A stretch of 64,000 nt of DNA from an uncultured virus (IMG/VR IMGVR_UViG_3300012953_002453) (lineage: Duplodnaviria > Heunggongvirae > Uroviricota > Caudoviricetes), in the IMG/VR virus record IMGVR_UViG_3300012953_002453; one strand, given 5' to 3'. The notes beneath the pieces were generated by a model. The model was not told the origin of the DNA and made no database searches. It saw only the letters and a list, made by a program, of their open reading frames with translations. The position numbers and the translations under genes are program-made. How positions within the stretch are numbered: the stretch's first letter is position 1; the number at the start of each line of letters is the position of its first letter. Of the stretch, positions 8,105 through 17,779 are shown one piece after another.

Positions 8105-8244
8105 TAGTTAACCTTTCCGAATTTAATACACAATTGTTTCCAGACGCCAGTCCAGAACATAGTTGCCCATTTATTGGTAGCATTGTTCATCATTTTAGCT
8201 GCATTTGCGACAAGTTCTTCTTGTCTCTTTTTTGTGTAAATCAT
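8104..8244 (-). CDS. Small hypothetical protein (46 aa), probably leaderless
   Basis: Manual ORF MIYTKKRQEEL...; promoter 8251-8279 directly upstream. Confidence 0.55.
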   Translation of the reverse strand: MIYTKKRQEELVANAAKMMNNATNKWATMFWTGVWKQLCIKFGKVN

Positions 8245-8250
8245 AGTCAT

Positions 8251-8282
8251 ATTATATCACTCCTAGTTATCTTTGTCAAGCA
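8251..8282 (-). promoter_or_regulatory. Sigma70-type promoter embedded in the 3' end of the upstream gene
   Basis: TGCTTGACA (-35 at 8274-8279), 17 nt, TATAAT (8251-8256). Confidence 0.8.
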
Positions 8283-9330
8283 TTGATTTCACTAATGTTT
8301 TGTCGTTTTTTGAAGGCATTTCCTTTACTTCGGTAGCATTCCAGTCTAATACTTGGTCCATTTTAATACGAATCTCATCAGGATCCAGACCCATTTCTCT
8401 TAATTCTTTATGACCTAGTATCTTAAAAAACTTCTCATAGTCTTCATTTGATAATTGTTTACCTGCTAACTTCGTAAAGAAGTCTTTATAGTTGTCAATC
8501 TGTTTCTTTGCTTCTTTATGTTTAGCATTCTCTTTTGCAAGTTTCAAATCAAGTTGTCTCAATGATATGTCTTTTTTCTTCTTTCTACCTGAAGACCATT
8601 GTGCTAGAGATATGTTGGCTGCAATCAATAGTAATACTGCAAGAGGGTCAAATACAAATATCAATACAATGATTACCCACCTTACGGCTTCATCAAAGTG
8701 GTCTTTTGCATTGTCTCCATATATCAGTTCAGCAATATATTTTAGAGGACCTACTTCTGCTTCTATTTTTGATTGTTCTAATTCAAATGTATTCTTCTCT
8801 AACATATATTTGTCTATGTTAGTCATCGCTGTATCTATTGTAAGTTTAAGTTCGTTTCTTTCTTCTTCTTGTTTTCTTCGTTCTCTTAAACCTCTTGTCG
8901 CATAGTCATTCTTTAGATATACTTCAATAGATTTATCTAACTGCAATAAGGTATTTTCTGCTCGTTCTATTATTCGTTCTTCTTGTAGTATTCGTTTATC
9001 AATCAATTCAACTTTCGCTGTATTAGATGAAGTAGGTACAACCTGGTCTAGGTGTGCCTTTGATAGATAACCGAATATACCCATAGAGGTAACAAACACT
9101 AACACAACTACAGAAGTTGTCAAGTAGTATTTAATTGTTATAGGTAAGTCTTTGTTCTTCCAGTTTTGATATAACCAAGAGGCGGTAACAAGTTTACCTA
9201 CCTCTAACACGCCACCCATAATCATAATAGGTATCTTTGCACCACTAAAAATGGCTGCAAGTCCTAATATACTATACAAAGCAGCTACGCTTGATATACT
9301 AATCGCTGATAAAAATGCTAATATACCCAT
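8263..9330 (-). CDS. Membrane protein with long coiled coil
   Basis: Three N-terminal TMs, LEVGKLV, TSMGIFGYLSKAH, EVGPLKYIAE, VFDPLAV. Confidence 0.8.
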   Translation of the reverse strand: MGILAFLSAISISSVAALYSILGLAAIFSGAKIPIMIMGGVLEVGKLVTASWLYQNWKNKDLPITIKYYLTTSVVVLVFVTSMGIFGYLSKAHLDQVVPTSSNTAKVELIDKRILQEERIIERAENTLLQLDKSIEVYLKNDYATRGLRERRKQEEERNELKLTIDTAMTNIDKYMLEKNTFELEQSKIEAEVGPLKYIAELIYGDNAKDHFDEAVRWVIIVLIFVFDPLAVLLLIAANISLAQWSSGRKKKKDISLRQLDLKLAKENAKHKEAKKQIDNYKDFFTKLAGKQLSNEDYEKFFKILGHKELREMGLDPDEIRIKMDQVLDWNATEVKEMPSKNDKTLVKSMLDKDN

Positions 9331-9331
9331 A

Positions 9332-9643
9332 TTACTTTCTCTTTACTATATATTCAAAGCCTTCTACATACTCTAACTTCTTTTGAAAGAATTGTAGGTC
9401 ACTTCTATTTAATGCTACTTGCATTTTCTTAAATATTTTATTTGATTGCCTACCAGGAAAACAACGCATTACATCTGCTGCCCAGAAACCTGTGAAGTAG
9501 ACTTTTGCTTTACCTTTCTGCAATGTATCAAAAATTTTAAATGCTTTCTCAATCATATCTTTCAGATACGGATCCATATACGGTCTGTTATCTTCTTTGA
9601 TATTATTATAACTTTCGTCTTCCCAATTGTTTGGTCGTGCCAT
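9332..9643 (-). CDS. Hypothetical protein
   Basis: ORF track, coupled to neighbours. Confidence 0.7.
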   Translation of the reverse strand: MARPNNWEDESYNNIKEDNRPYMDPYLKDMIEKAFKIFDTLQKGKAKVYFTGFWAADVMRCFPGRQSNKIFKKMQVALNRSDLQFFQKKLEYVEGFEYIVKRK

Positions 9644-10332
9644 TATTTACTCTCCTCTAATTTTCTCACTTTTTTAATAATACTGATTACACGAGCTGCA
9701 TAATCAGGCGTTGTGCTAAATTTATCCAATGTCTTAATTAACTCTATTGGATCCATTTCGCCGTCTTCTGCAAGTTGTTTTAATCTCAACTTACGGAATT
9801 TCTCATAGGCTGGATGTTCATTCATCAACCTAACATATTCTTTTACACTTTCACACTTCGTAGCAAATATTCTTACACCCCAACCTTTCCACTTTGGCAT
9901 ACCTAATGGTAACATATGTGGATAGTCTTTGTTGAATACTCTAATACCAAATAGATTATTACCATCAACTGCAAATCTACTTGTACCCCAGCCACTCTCT
10001 AAAGCAGCCTGTGCTGTTATCATTTCGTATGGTACTCTAAACACATCTGGTTGTGAGAAGTTTAAGAAGTCAATACATTTATGAGTTGCCCTAACAAATT
10101 GTATATCATTTTTGTATGTAAATTCTGGTTCTCTTAAATCTAACTCTTTTAGTCGTTCTAGGTATTTTGTTTCGTATTCTTTTGCTAATTTGTTTGTAGA
10201 GTGTGTATTAGGATTAAATGTACCTATTACATATGTTATTAAGAATAACATTGATACACCTAATACTCTTTTAATCCATAATTTAGTTATACGGATTTTC
10301 TCTTTGTAGTCTATTTTCACTTTTCTCACCAT
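9643..10332 (-). CDS. Glucosaminidase (GH73, Bax-like) peptidoglycan hydrolase with N-terminal TM
   Basis: AQAALESGWGTSRFA..GNNLFGI, YVRLMNEHPAY, DY. Confidence 0.85.
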   Translation of the reverse strand: MVRKVKIDYKEKIRITKLWIKRVLGVSMLFLITYVIGTFNPNTHSTNKLAKEYETKYLERLKELDLREPEFTYKNDIQFVRATHKCIDFLNFSQPDVFRVPYEMITAQAALESGWGTSRFAVDGNNLFGIRVFNKDYPHMLPLGMPKWKGWGVRIFATKCESVKEYVRLMNEHPAYEKFRKLRLKQLAEDGEMDPIELIKTLDKFSTTPDYAARVISIIKKVRKLEESK

Positions 10333-10346
10333 AATGTTATATTAGT

Positions 10347-10772
10347 TTAAATCATATCTATGCCTGCTCTACTCATTGGTTTCTTAAATGAATAGAATAG
10401 AGCATTATGATTACCACTATCTCCTGCGTTTCTCATTTGATACAAATGGACCATTTCGTGTGCCAATGTACTAATGAATTCTTTTTTATTCTTATACTTG
10501 TCTGCCATTTCTAAATGAAACGATTGTGTACCTTTTCTTTTCCACTCCCATTGTGTAACCTGACCAAAACATTTTATCGGTCTCAAATCTCGTATCGTTA
10601 TCTCATTAAACGGTGCAAGTTTGGCGTCAAAGACTGCCTCATTTATCCATTGAAAGACTTTCTTAATGTCTTTATAGGTAGTCTTGTATTGTCTAGTATG
10701 CTCATATTCTGCCTTTACTCTCTTCTTTAAAGTTGCATACCTAACTGATTTAGGTTTAGTTTCTTTCGGCAC
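10347..10772 (-). CDS. SprT-like zinc metalloprotease
   Basis: TLAHEMVHLYQ...H...F. Confidence 0.8.
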   Translation of the reverse strand: MPKETKPKSVRYATLKKRVKAEYEHTRQYKTTYKDIKKVFQWINEAVFDAKLAPFNEITIRDLRPIKCFGQVTQWEWKRKGTQSFHLEMADKYKNKKEFISTLAHEMVHLYQMRNAGDSGNHNALFYSFKKPMSRAGIDMI

Positions 10773-10787
10773 TGGTGTTTGTTCTCC

Positions 10788-10949
10788 CTATCTTTTGATT
10801 TTTTCGTCTCTTTGTCTTTTTCTATCACTATACTCCATAATCAAAAATGATGTTATACCACCAAGTATAATCACCCATAGTTCAATCGGCGCCAAGGTCT
10901 TCATAAGAGAAACCAAGTCAGCCATTGAGTAAATTAAGTTTTCTAACAT
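10788..10949 (-). CDS. Small membrane protein (53 aa)
   Basis: Manual ORF MLENLIYSM... with AAGGAG SD. Confidence 0.55.
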   Translation of the reverse strand: MLENLIYSMADLVSLMKTLAPIELWVIILGGITSFLIMEYSDRKRQRDEKIKR

Positions 10950-10950
10950 A

Positions 10951-11274
10951 CTACTCCTTTGTTTGACTTTCTTTGTACACTTTATCTATACCGTTAACTC
11001 TAATATCAGAAGCAATGCTCTCTAATATATTTGGTAAATGCTTCTGTAATACAAAAGTCATTTCTATTGCCATTGAGTGTGTTAATCTTTCAAGTTCAGA
11101 CTTCAACACAGCACTATGGTCAATGTTACCGTTAACCGTTTCTTTTATGATGTGGGCACTAGTCGCCACAACATAGTCATCTGCCTTTGCTTTCTGCATA
11201 GTTAAGTGTAATGCTACACCAGACAAATACAAAAATGCAAGTACATATACTATCGTTTTTATCAAGCTTTTCAT
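10951..11274 (-). CDS. Hypothetical protein with N-terminal TM
   Basis: ORF track; promoter upstream. Confidence 0.7.
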   Translation of the reverse strand: MKSLIKTIVYVLAFLYLSGVALHLTMQKAKADDYVVATSAHIIKETVNGNIDHSAVLKSELERLTHSMAIEMTFVLQKHLPNILESIASDIRVNGIDKVYKESQTKE

Positions 11275-11305
11275 TATATACCTTTCTCAATCATTAATAT
11301 TATTT

Positions 11306-11347
11306 ATTCTATCACTTCCTGGGTACATTGTCAAGCAAAAAATGAGC
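11306..11347 (-). promoter_or_regulatory. Extended early promoter GCTCATTTTTTGCTTGACA-17-TAGAAT
   Basis: Member of a five-copy extended motif. Confidence 0.8.
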
Positions 11348-11406
11348 TTATTTTGGGGAAATATGGGTATTTTTAGTATGGAAAATACCCTAAAACCGTT
11401 GTATTG

Positions 11407-11907
11407 TTATGCTTCTAGCTTAACAAAATCGTCATTCCACCCAAACGCTTCTTTTACAAGATTAGCCGTTAGACCTTTGTACATATTATTTAACTTCTTC
11501 TCTTTTACAGCAATAAGCAATTCTGCTTCTGTTTGATGTAAACCTTCTAAAATTTGAATAAACAAAGTTTCTTTTTTTACTTTGGATAGATTTTGGTCTG
11601 CACCTTTTACGAAATGCCAAAGTCTCTTTGCTTCGGAATCAAGGAAAGTGTGTTCAGTACCTACAGGCGCTTCATTTGGAAGATATGGTGGGTTACCTTT
11701 TGGTAAGTCCCATTCTATTTTCGGGTCAAATGCACCTTTTAGTATTTGTCTCAAAGAGACACTATCATACTGGCGTAGGATTTCTGTCTTCTTTGCCTTG
11801 TCTTTTGCATTGTTAACTTTAGTTAGGATTTCGTGGTAAGTGAGAGCCATAGATGAAGAAGACATTGCTGCCATTTTCATACTTTGATTTATATTTTCAT
11901 TTGCCAT
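11407..11907 (-). CDS. Conserved T4-like phage protein (DUF6433-like)
   Basis: FDPKIEWDLPKG.PPY, KETLFIQILEGLH..EAELL. Confidence 0.75.
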   Translation of the reverse strand: MANENINQSMKMAAMSSSSMALTYHEILTKVNNAKDKAKKTEILRQYDSVSLRQILKGAFDPKIEWDLPKGNPPYLPNEAPVGTEHTFLDSEAKRLWHFVKGADQNLSKVKKETLFIQILEGLHQTEAELLIAVKEKKLNNMYKGLTANLVKEAFGWNDDFVKLEA

Positions 11908-11933
11908 TTCATTTTCCTCTTAATATTGCAATA

Positions 11934-12797
11934 TTAAAAATCATTAATGTGTTCAATCAACGATTTCAGTTTATTATCTATAAAGTAAGGTAGTAGTTTG
12001 GACCTACTTGGTACTTCATAGTCGTTATAGCTATTTATAATAGATTCTACCATAGCGTTAGGTATCTGGTCTAGGTCTATCAACTTCTTATTCCTATTGT
12101 AATATTTCTTTGTTTCTGAACCTAGTGGTATATCGTCAATCTGCGACCACTCTTCTAGTTTCTTCTTTGTAATAGGACTTTGTTTTGTCTTTGTAATAAA
12201 GACATCATCTGCTGATAGGATATTAGGTATTCCGTCTGACCTATCGCCTTTGATAATCTGTTCGTGTAAGTATCTAGTTGGATTATCTTCAACAACCATA
12301 TGTTTCTGTATTGGACTATATTGACTTACATTACTATACTTCTGTAATTGTTTGAAGTCTTTATCGCCTGATATAATTAGATACTTGTCTTCTGTCTGCA
12401 TTTTAACAATGGTAGCGATAATATCATCTGCTTCTGCATTGTCAATAGCGATTACTTTGTAAGGAAAGTTCTCTTTTAATTCTTCTTTGATTTCCCATAT
12501 GAGATTAAATAGGTTATCCCAATCGTTTGTACTCTCTTCTCTACTTGTCTTACGACTTGCTTTGTATTGAGGAAAGAAGTCTCGTCTCCAAGGATTACCA
12601 CTATCACAAGCAAGTACTAAATCTTTTCCGTATTCACTACTAAACTTTCTAATGTATCCTTTAATTGAATTACATACCATATATCTAACCATTTCTTTGT
12701 TGGCAATACCTTGTTGATTGCCTTTCTGGTAAGATACTCTACTCATTTGTGCCATCAGATTACTAATAAGCACTTGGTGTAAATCAACTATAATCAT
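11934..12797 (-). CDS. rnh: T4-type RNase H (5'-3' exonuclease)
   Basis: WRRDFFPQYKASR, EADDIIA, ISGDKDF.QL, GDRSDGIPN. Confidence 0.95.
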   Translation of the reverse strand: MIIVDLHQVLISNLMAQMSRVSYQKGNQQGIANKEMVRYMVCNSIKGYIRKFSSEYGKDLVLACDSGNPWRRDFFPQYKASRKTSREESTNDWDNLFNLIWEIKEELKENFPYKVIAIDNAEADDIIATIVKMQTEDKYLIISGDKDFKQLQKYSNVSQYSPIQKHMVVEDNPTRYLHEQIIKGDRSDGIPNILSADDVFITKTKQSPITKKKLEEWSQIDDIPLGSETKKYYNRNKKLIDLDQIPNAMVESIINSYNDYEVPSRSKLLPYFIDNKLKSLIEHINDF

Positions 12798-13063
12798 TAT
12801 GCACTTCTTCTACTTGCTTCTAATTTTGCTTTTGCAGCTGCTCTCTTCTTTTCTATTTTAAGAGCTTGTCTTACTTTTCTACCAATAGGTATCATAATAC
12901 TATGACACATTTCTTTACCTTTTTTACTGATATATTCAACACTTATCATTCTGTCTTTGAAGTCGTTTTGAACAGACATAGTTGCCTTCTTCAAACTCAT
13001 TGCTTCTTTTTCTTTTTCGTCACCTGCTTCATTCCAAAACTTAAATATTCTCATTTTTGCCAT
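12797..13063 (-). CDS. Basic hypothetical protein
   Basis: ORF track. Confidence 0.7.
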   Translation of the reverse strand: MAKMRIFKFWNEAGDEKEKEAMSLKKATMSVQNDFKDRMISVEYISKKGKEMCHSIMIPIGRKVRQALKIEKKRAAAKAKLEASRRSA

Positions 13064-13267
13064 TTATATATCCGTCCTTACTATATGTTTTCTCAATTCT
13101 TTTACAAAAAATTCTACCTTGTCAATGTATTCAATTAATGTTTTATCTGTTATGTAATGCTGTTTCTCTTTTAGTTTATCATATTCTTTTAATGGTATCT
13201 GCACCATAGGACTAGGTGCTGGTACTTCATTCTCAAAAGATTTGTCAACTGAATTATCGTCTGTCAT
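13064..13267 (-). CDS. Hypothetical protein
   Basis: ORF track; AAGGA SD. Confidence 0.65.
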   Translation of the reverse strand: MTDDNSVDKSFENEVPAPSPMVQIPLKEYDKLKEKQHYITDKTLIEYIDKVEFFVKELRKHIVRTDI

Positions 13268-13289
13268 ATATTCCTTTTTAAGTTAAAAT

Positions 13290-13328
13290 GTGGAGGCGAG
13301 TTCCACTCTCGCTTTCCTCGCCTCACAC
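13290..13328 (-). terminator. Terminator-like hairpin
   Basis: GAGGCGAG...CTCGCCTC stem followed by ATTTT. Confidence 0.6.
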
Positions 13329-13373
13329 AACTCTATGTAAGCATCCCGCTAGGTAATCTTACTATTGAGTTCA

Positions 13374-13676
13374 TTATGCTGTGTAAGCGACTTGTTTGCC
13401 GAATACAGCATTGATACCAGCAGCGATTACTGCTTTTGATGGTGTACCAACTCTATATGAAACGCCTTTAGATGACCTATTTTCATAAATCATTAAACCT
13501 TCGTTTCTTAATTTACCAACCATTGCAGCCGGTGATTTAAGGTCGTATGTGTTTCTCAATTGTTTCCAAGAAACATCTGAACCTTTGTTGAAAAGATTTC
13601 TAATCTTTTCTGTTTTTGATAGCTTAGTTCTAGCCATAGTTTTATCTCCTTTAGATAATTTAAAAATGTTAAACAT
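13374..13676 (-). CDS. Winged helix-turn-helix DNA-binding protein (second in-frame start at 13637)
   Basis: SPAAMVGKLRNEG..IY....YRVGTPSK pattern. Confidence 0.7.
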   Translation of the reverse strand: MFNIFKLSKGDKTMARTKLSKTEKIRNLFNKGSDVSWKQLRNTYDLKSPAAMVGKLRNEGLMIYENRSSKGVSYRVGTPSKAVIAAGINAVFGKQVAYTA

Positions 13677-13785
13677 AATTGTTTAACCTCCTTTTCAAGT
13701 TTGATTTTAATGTCTTGTCTGACAACTTGCTATGGTCTATCGCATTATAATGGTATTCCATAGACAAATTCCTTATTAAGTACTC

Positions 13786-13818
13786 ATTATACACTAACTT
13801 GTATATCTTGTCAAGCAC
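13786..13818 (-). promoter_or_regulatory. Sigma70-type promoter GTGCTTGACA-17-TATAAT
   Basis: -35 at 13809-13814, -10 at 13786-13791. Confidence 0.8.
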
Positions 13819-13826
13819 TAAATTCA

Positions 13827-14393
13827 TTACTTCTGTGGTCCTTCAGGATCCGGGTCTGGAAAATCGCCGTGTAAATCGTCATCATCTTCCGGTCCTTCTT
13901 GTCCTGGGTAATCTGGTGTAAAATCAAAATTTTCTGTAAACTGGAACATACCATTGTTCCTATCGTTTAGTTCATCTGATACATCTTTGTTTAGAGGTCT
14001 GGTAGTCATTGTTATCTCATCTGACATATTCGCATATTCAATACGAGCAGTAACCACACCTTTCTTATTCATCTTCAATTTAACAGCATAGTCTACTACC
14101 TTTTGAATAGGGTGTGCTATATTAAATTGTCTGTACAAGAGACCTCGTACAGCGTCCATTGACATTGCAAGGTCTTTTGTAAATACATCTTGTTTAGTAT
14201 CTAATCCCATTTGTACAAATCTTCTTATCAAATCTAATCCGATTTCATCTGTCGCTGTTTCTACAAACTTTGCAGCTTGATAGTCTCGCATTTTCTCTTG
14301 TGCCTTTGGGTCAACATCAACACGCTTCTTTGCCATCTTATTTTCTGGAAATAAAATTACATTCTCATAATCATTCTTTTTATCATCACTCAC
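13827..14393 (-). CDS. Hypothetical protein with acidic tail
   Basis: ORF track; probable GTG start at 14393. Confidence 0.7.
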   Translation of the reverse strand: MSDDKKNDYENVILFPENKMAKKRVDVDPKAQEKMRDYQAAKFVETATDEIGLDLIRRFVQMGLDTKQDVFTKDLAMSMDAVRGLLYRQFNIAHPIQKVVDYAVKLKMNKKGVVTARIEYANMSDEITMTTRPLNKDVSDELNDRNNGMFQFTENFDFTPDYPGQEGPEDDDDLHGDFPDPDPEGPQK

Positions 14394-14664
14394 TAATCTT
14401 ATTCCCTTTGAAGTCAACAAGTCCTTGCTTGTTATAATGTTCTATCAACTGATTATAACCACCAACTAACTCGTCATTGATTTTAATTTGAGGCATTGAC
14501 CTAACATTTTTACCTATGTCTTTTATCATTGCCTCAGGACTTTCAAACTCTTTCAAGTTTTTTTCTTCATATTTGAAACCAAGGCCTTTGATTAAGGCCT
14601 TAGCTTTAACACAAAATGGACAATTGTCTTTTGTGTAGACAACTATACTATTCGCTTTTGCCAT
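14386..14664 (-). CDS. Glutaredoxin (NrdC-like)
   Basis: CPFC active site, SMPQI, VGGY. Confidence 0.92.
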   Translation of the reverse strand: MAKANSIVVYTKDNCPFCVKAKALIKGLGFKYEEKNLKEFESPEAMIKDIGKNVRSMPQIKINDELVGGYNQLIEHYNKQGLVDFKGNKISE

Positions 14665-15298
14665 CTTTTTTTGCCTTTGCTGTGTCTTCAACACTTTTGA
14701 AGGCTTCAGCAGCTTTTAGTTTAAGTTTATGACTATCAACAATTTCTGCAATTGTGTAATCGTACATTTTATTAAACTCACCAAGTGGTAGTCTTAAACC
14801 TATCCACGCTCTATAGTAACCGTTCTTTGTTCTAGTTACCTCTTGTGCAAAGATTTCATATCCTCTCACTGGTGTATTCGCAATGACATTTACCATCGCT
14901 GTTTCTACTTCTGTAACCACGGTCTTAACATTTGTTTTACCTATTTCGGTTACAAAGATTTTCGCCTTCTTGTTCATTTCACCTGCAACAATATCAGCCA
15001 TTTCTGCTTTCGCAATCAACTTCGCTTTCTCAATCGCAAGTTCTAATGATGGTGATACACTAGTACCAACTCCGAAGATACAAGTCTTCTCATCATCATC
15101 TGTTTTGACAATGCCATTGTTTGCCCACATAGATATGTCGCAATGTTTAGCATTATCAAAGTCCGCCATATACCAAGACGGCACTTCGTTAACTAACTTG
15201 TCTGTCTCTTGCTTAATTTTATAAGTCTTTGACGAACAAGCATTTAGGCCAATTATTAGAACGCCTAAAAGTCCTATCTTCATTATGTTTTTATACAT
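14648..15298 (-). CDS. LPP20-like lipoprotein
   Basis: LNAC lipobox, VPSWY, GVGTSVS..L.LA..KA...AK. Confidence 0.7.
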   Translation of the reverse strand: MYKNIMKIGLLGVLIIGLNACSSKTYKIKQETDKLVNEVPSWYMADFDNAKHCDISMWANNGIVKTDDDEKTCIFGVGTSVSPSLELAIEKAKLIAKAEMADIVAGEMNKKAKIFVTEIGKTNVKTVVTEVETAMVNVIANTPVRGYEIFAQEVTRTKNGYYRAWIGLRLPLGEFNKMYDYTIAEIVDSHKLKLKAAEAFKSVEDTAKAKKDGKSE

Positions 15299-15446
15299 TG
15301 TTTTTCACACTCCTAACTACATTATATAACATTTCACTCAACTTGTCAATAAGCTGGTTTTCCTCAACATATGCAACAACATCCGTTGTAGACATACCTG
15401 TTATTAACATAAAAAGGAGGCCTAATATGATTATATTTTTAATCAT
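15291..15446 (-). CDS. Small exported/membrane protein (51 aa)
   Basis: Manual ORF MIKNIIILGLLF...; GGAG SD. Confidence 0.55.
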   Translation of the reverse strand: MIKNIIILGLLFMLITGMSTTDVVAYVEENQLIDKLSEMLYNVVRSVKNNV

Positions 15447-16030
15447 TATCTTCTCTCCCAATTACCCTCATTTGTTAAACACGCTCTTCCGAAGGATTTG
15501 AAGGCGTGTGAAGGTTGAGAATACAACCTACAATATTCTGGAGCATTCATATCTTTATAATAGAAAGCTGCAAATAGTTCCCAATAACCAGGTTTCTTTG
15601 CTTTCTCTAACTCTATCATTTTCTCCAGTTCTTTAATTCTTTCTTTGTCTGTTCTACCGTGTTCAGTATCAGCACATTCCATAATTTCTTCTTTTACAAT
15701 AGTCTTATCGTCTAATTCTCTTATAACAATCTTAATGAAACACCATTGACCGTCTCTTTCAAATCTATCTAAAACTTTTGAAGAAAGTATACCATTGTCT
15801 TCATTGTGTTTCCATTCTTTTAATTTCTGTTCTACCTTTTCGTGTGTATCAGATATATATACTTTGTCTACAGGAGCACTATTTACTTGGCTCTCTTCTT
15901 TGTAAGTAATAGGTTTAGGTAAGATTTCTTTAACAAACAAATCTTCATCTACTGCATATGCAATGTTTGTAAAAAATACAACTAATGCAATCATAGTCAT
16001 ATATAAAGTTATTCTCAAAGGTGTCATCAT
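15446..16030 (-). CDS. Exported protein with C-terminal 17-kDa-antigen-like segment
   Basis: Signal peptide; YCRLY...GRAC...G.WE. Confidence 0.6.
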   Translation of the reverse strand: MMTPLRITLYMTMIALVVFFTNIAYAVDEDLFVKEILPKPITYKEESQVNSAPVDKVYISDTHEKVEQKLKEWKHNEDNGILSSKVLDRFERDGQWCFIKIVIRELDDKTIVKEEIMECADTEHGRTDKERIKELEKMIELEKAKKPGYWELFAAFYYKDMNAPEYCRLYSQPSHAFKSFGRACLTNEGNWERR

Positions 16031-16239
16031 TTTATACTCTTTCTCATTTCTGTTTGATTGTTTACAAATACTCTAATAAGCCTTGATACATCTACTTCGT
16101 ATGGTTTAAAACTTTTAGGGTCTGTAAATTTGACTTTCAAATCATTAACAGGTCTTATTATTGTTCCGTGTTCATCAACAACAACGGCGTCATCTGTATT
16201 TTTTCTCCAGTCGTGTGAAGAATAAACTTGCTTTGCCAT
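16027..16239 (-). CDS. Hypothetical protein
   Basis: Start revised to MAKQVY (GGAG SD). Confidence 0.65.
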   Translation of the reverse strand: MAKQVYSSHDWRKNTDDAVVVDEHGTIIRPVNDLKVKFTDPKSFKPYEVDVSRLIRVFVNNQTEMRKSIK

Positions 16240-16757
16240 TATCGTTTCTCCACCCATCTGCCATCAGGCATTTGGCATACAACTCCAAACCTTGTATCAA
16301 TATCATTGTTTGCGATACCAACAACAGGCCAAGAGTTCTTAATATTAAAACTACTTTCGTACTCTTTACAGATAATAGGACCTTGTGCATAACTTCTGTT
16401 AATCTTTATAGTACCATTACTACCTGTTTTACTATTTAACCAATTACTATAACTTGCACTACCAGGACCATTGTTTAAATGGTCTACAAATACTGCATTG
16501 TGTAAATCATAATCACTATCATATAGTAATTCAGCACCGGCAAATGCACCTACTACAGCACACGCAGCCGCCACATAAGGGTCTTGTGATAAAAGTTCTA
16601 CACAAGTCATAGCACCTGTAGTACCACCGACTACTGCACCTAAATGACTTCTGTTAAAATTAAATCCTTTAGTGTTGTTCACATCTTGGTGTTTTGTACT
16701 ACAGGCACCAAGTGTAAAACTAATTACTAAAATCAAAATTATTTTTTCTAATTTCAT
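16239..16757 (-). CDS. Glycine-zipper lipoprotein, 17-kDa surface antigen (RT0821/Lpp0805)-like
   Basis: LGAC lipobox, GAVVGGTTGA..VVGAFAG, W.N..TG..G, CKEY, CQMPDGRW. Confidence 0.75.
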   Translation of the reverse strand: MKLEKIILILVISFTLGACSTKHQDVNNTKGFNFNRSHLGAVVGGTTGAMTCVELLSQDPYVAAACAVVGAFAGAELLYDSDYDLHNAVFVDHLNNGPGSASYSNWLNSKTGSNGTIKINRSYAQGPIICKEYESSFNIKNSWPVVGIANNDIDTRFGVVCQMPDGRWVEKR

Positions 16758-16926
16758 CACATACCTTTCTTTGGTTTTTAGTATCAATAATACAGAAGTC
16801 TTGTGCCGTATTATCAATTACATATTTTTTTCTCATATCATTATCTTTCCACCAGACCTCAGCTCTCGCTGTTATAGGTCTGATTAAGAAAGTGCCGTCA
16901 TTGGCAGAAGTTAGATGAAAATCCAT
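16720..16926 (-). CDS. Hypothetical protein
   Basis: Start revised to MDFHLTS. Confidence 0.6.
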   Translation of the reverse strand: MDFHLTSANDGTFLIRPITARAEVWWKDNDMRKKYVIDNTAQDFCIIDTKNQRKVCDEIRKNNFDFSN

Positions 16927-16930
16927 CTGA

Positions 16931-17176
16931 CTACTTAACTCCAAACAACGATTTAAGTTGTGCCCAATTTTGAGCAGTTTGCTGTTTTGCATTTGCCCAA
17001 CTTTCAGCTTGATATTCTTTTGTCTTCTCAACTTCGTTAGTTAAGAAAACGACTACTTTGCCTGGCATTTCAACTACTGCATTACCAAACTCTTGTGGTG
17101 TTATAGTCTTTGTCTCATTCGCATTGGCACTTGATATGCCAAATACGATTACGCATAATATAAGTATCTTGTTCAT
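16931..17176 (-). CDS. Small exported protein
   Basis: Signal peptide ending ANA. Confidence 0.65.
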   Translation of the reverse strand: MNKILILCVIVFGISSANANETKTITPQEFGNAVVEMPGKVVVFLTNEVEKTKEYQAESWANAKQQTAQNWAQLKSLFGVK

Positions 17177-17496
17177 ACTTTCCTTCCCATTGTTTTAATA
17201 TCAGCAATGTCTACAACTTGATAATTACCTTTGTTGTATGCAATACTAATTGTTTTTCCTGCAGGTAGTTTAGGTTTCAATACCTCTCTCTTCGTAGCAC
17301 CTGCAATAATATTATTACTACAAGGTATTGAAGGTCTTACTGAATAGTCAGGAAAAGGATAACCTTTAAACTCGTTAATCACTCTACCTTGACTATCTAA
17401 CTTAACTCCGATAGACTTCAACCATTTCAAATGTTTTGTTCTTGCTATCTGGTTTCGCATATCTTTAGTTAAGTAAGTCGCTTTTGTCTTTGCCAT
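17173..17496 (-). CDS. Hypothetical basic protein
   Basis: C-terminal IAYNKGNYQVV...GRK; start MAKTKA. Confidence 0.7.
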   Translation of the reverse strand: MAKTKATYLTKDMRNQIARTKHLKWLKSIGVKLDSQGRVINEFKGYPFPDYSVRPSIPCSNNIIAGATKREVLKPKLPAGKTISIAYNKGNYQVVDIADIKTMGRKV

Positions 17497-17779
17497 ATTG
17501 TTTACTCTCAAATGCTTTTTGTTCTGCATAAGTTTTACCAAACACTTTTAAATAGAAGTGGTCTCTAGGATTAGGTGCCTGATATGCAAGTATCAAATTA
17601 TCAAATTGTGTTTGTTTGATACCTATATTTCTCATAGAAGAAGGATGTTCTTTCTTCAATGATTTCATTTCTTTTAAGAAAGCAATACGATTGTCGTATT
17701 TCTCTTTCTTACCTTTTTGGTCTTTGATTGTCGCCGTCTTAAATTCACTAAACATCATTTCTTTTGTGTATGTAAACAT
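17465..17779 (-). CDS. Hypothetical protein
   Basis: GGAGG SD; promoter at 17813-17841. Confidence 0.7.
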   Translation of the reverse strand: MFTYTKEMMFSEFKTATIKDQKGKKEKYDNRIAFLKEMKSLKKEHPSSMRNIGIKQTQFDNLILAYQAPNPRDHFYLKVFGKTYAEQKAFESKQYGKDKSDLLN

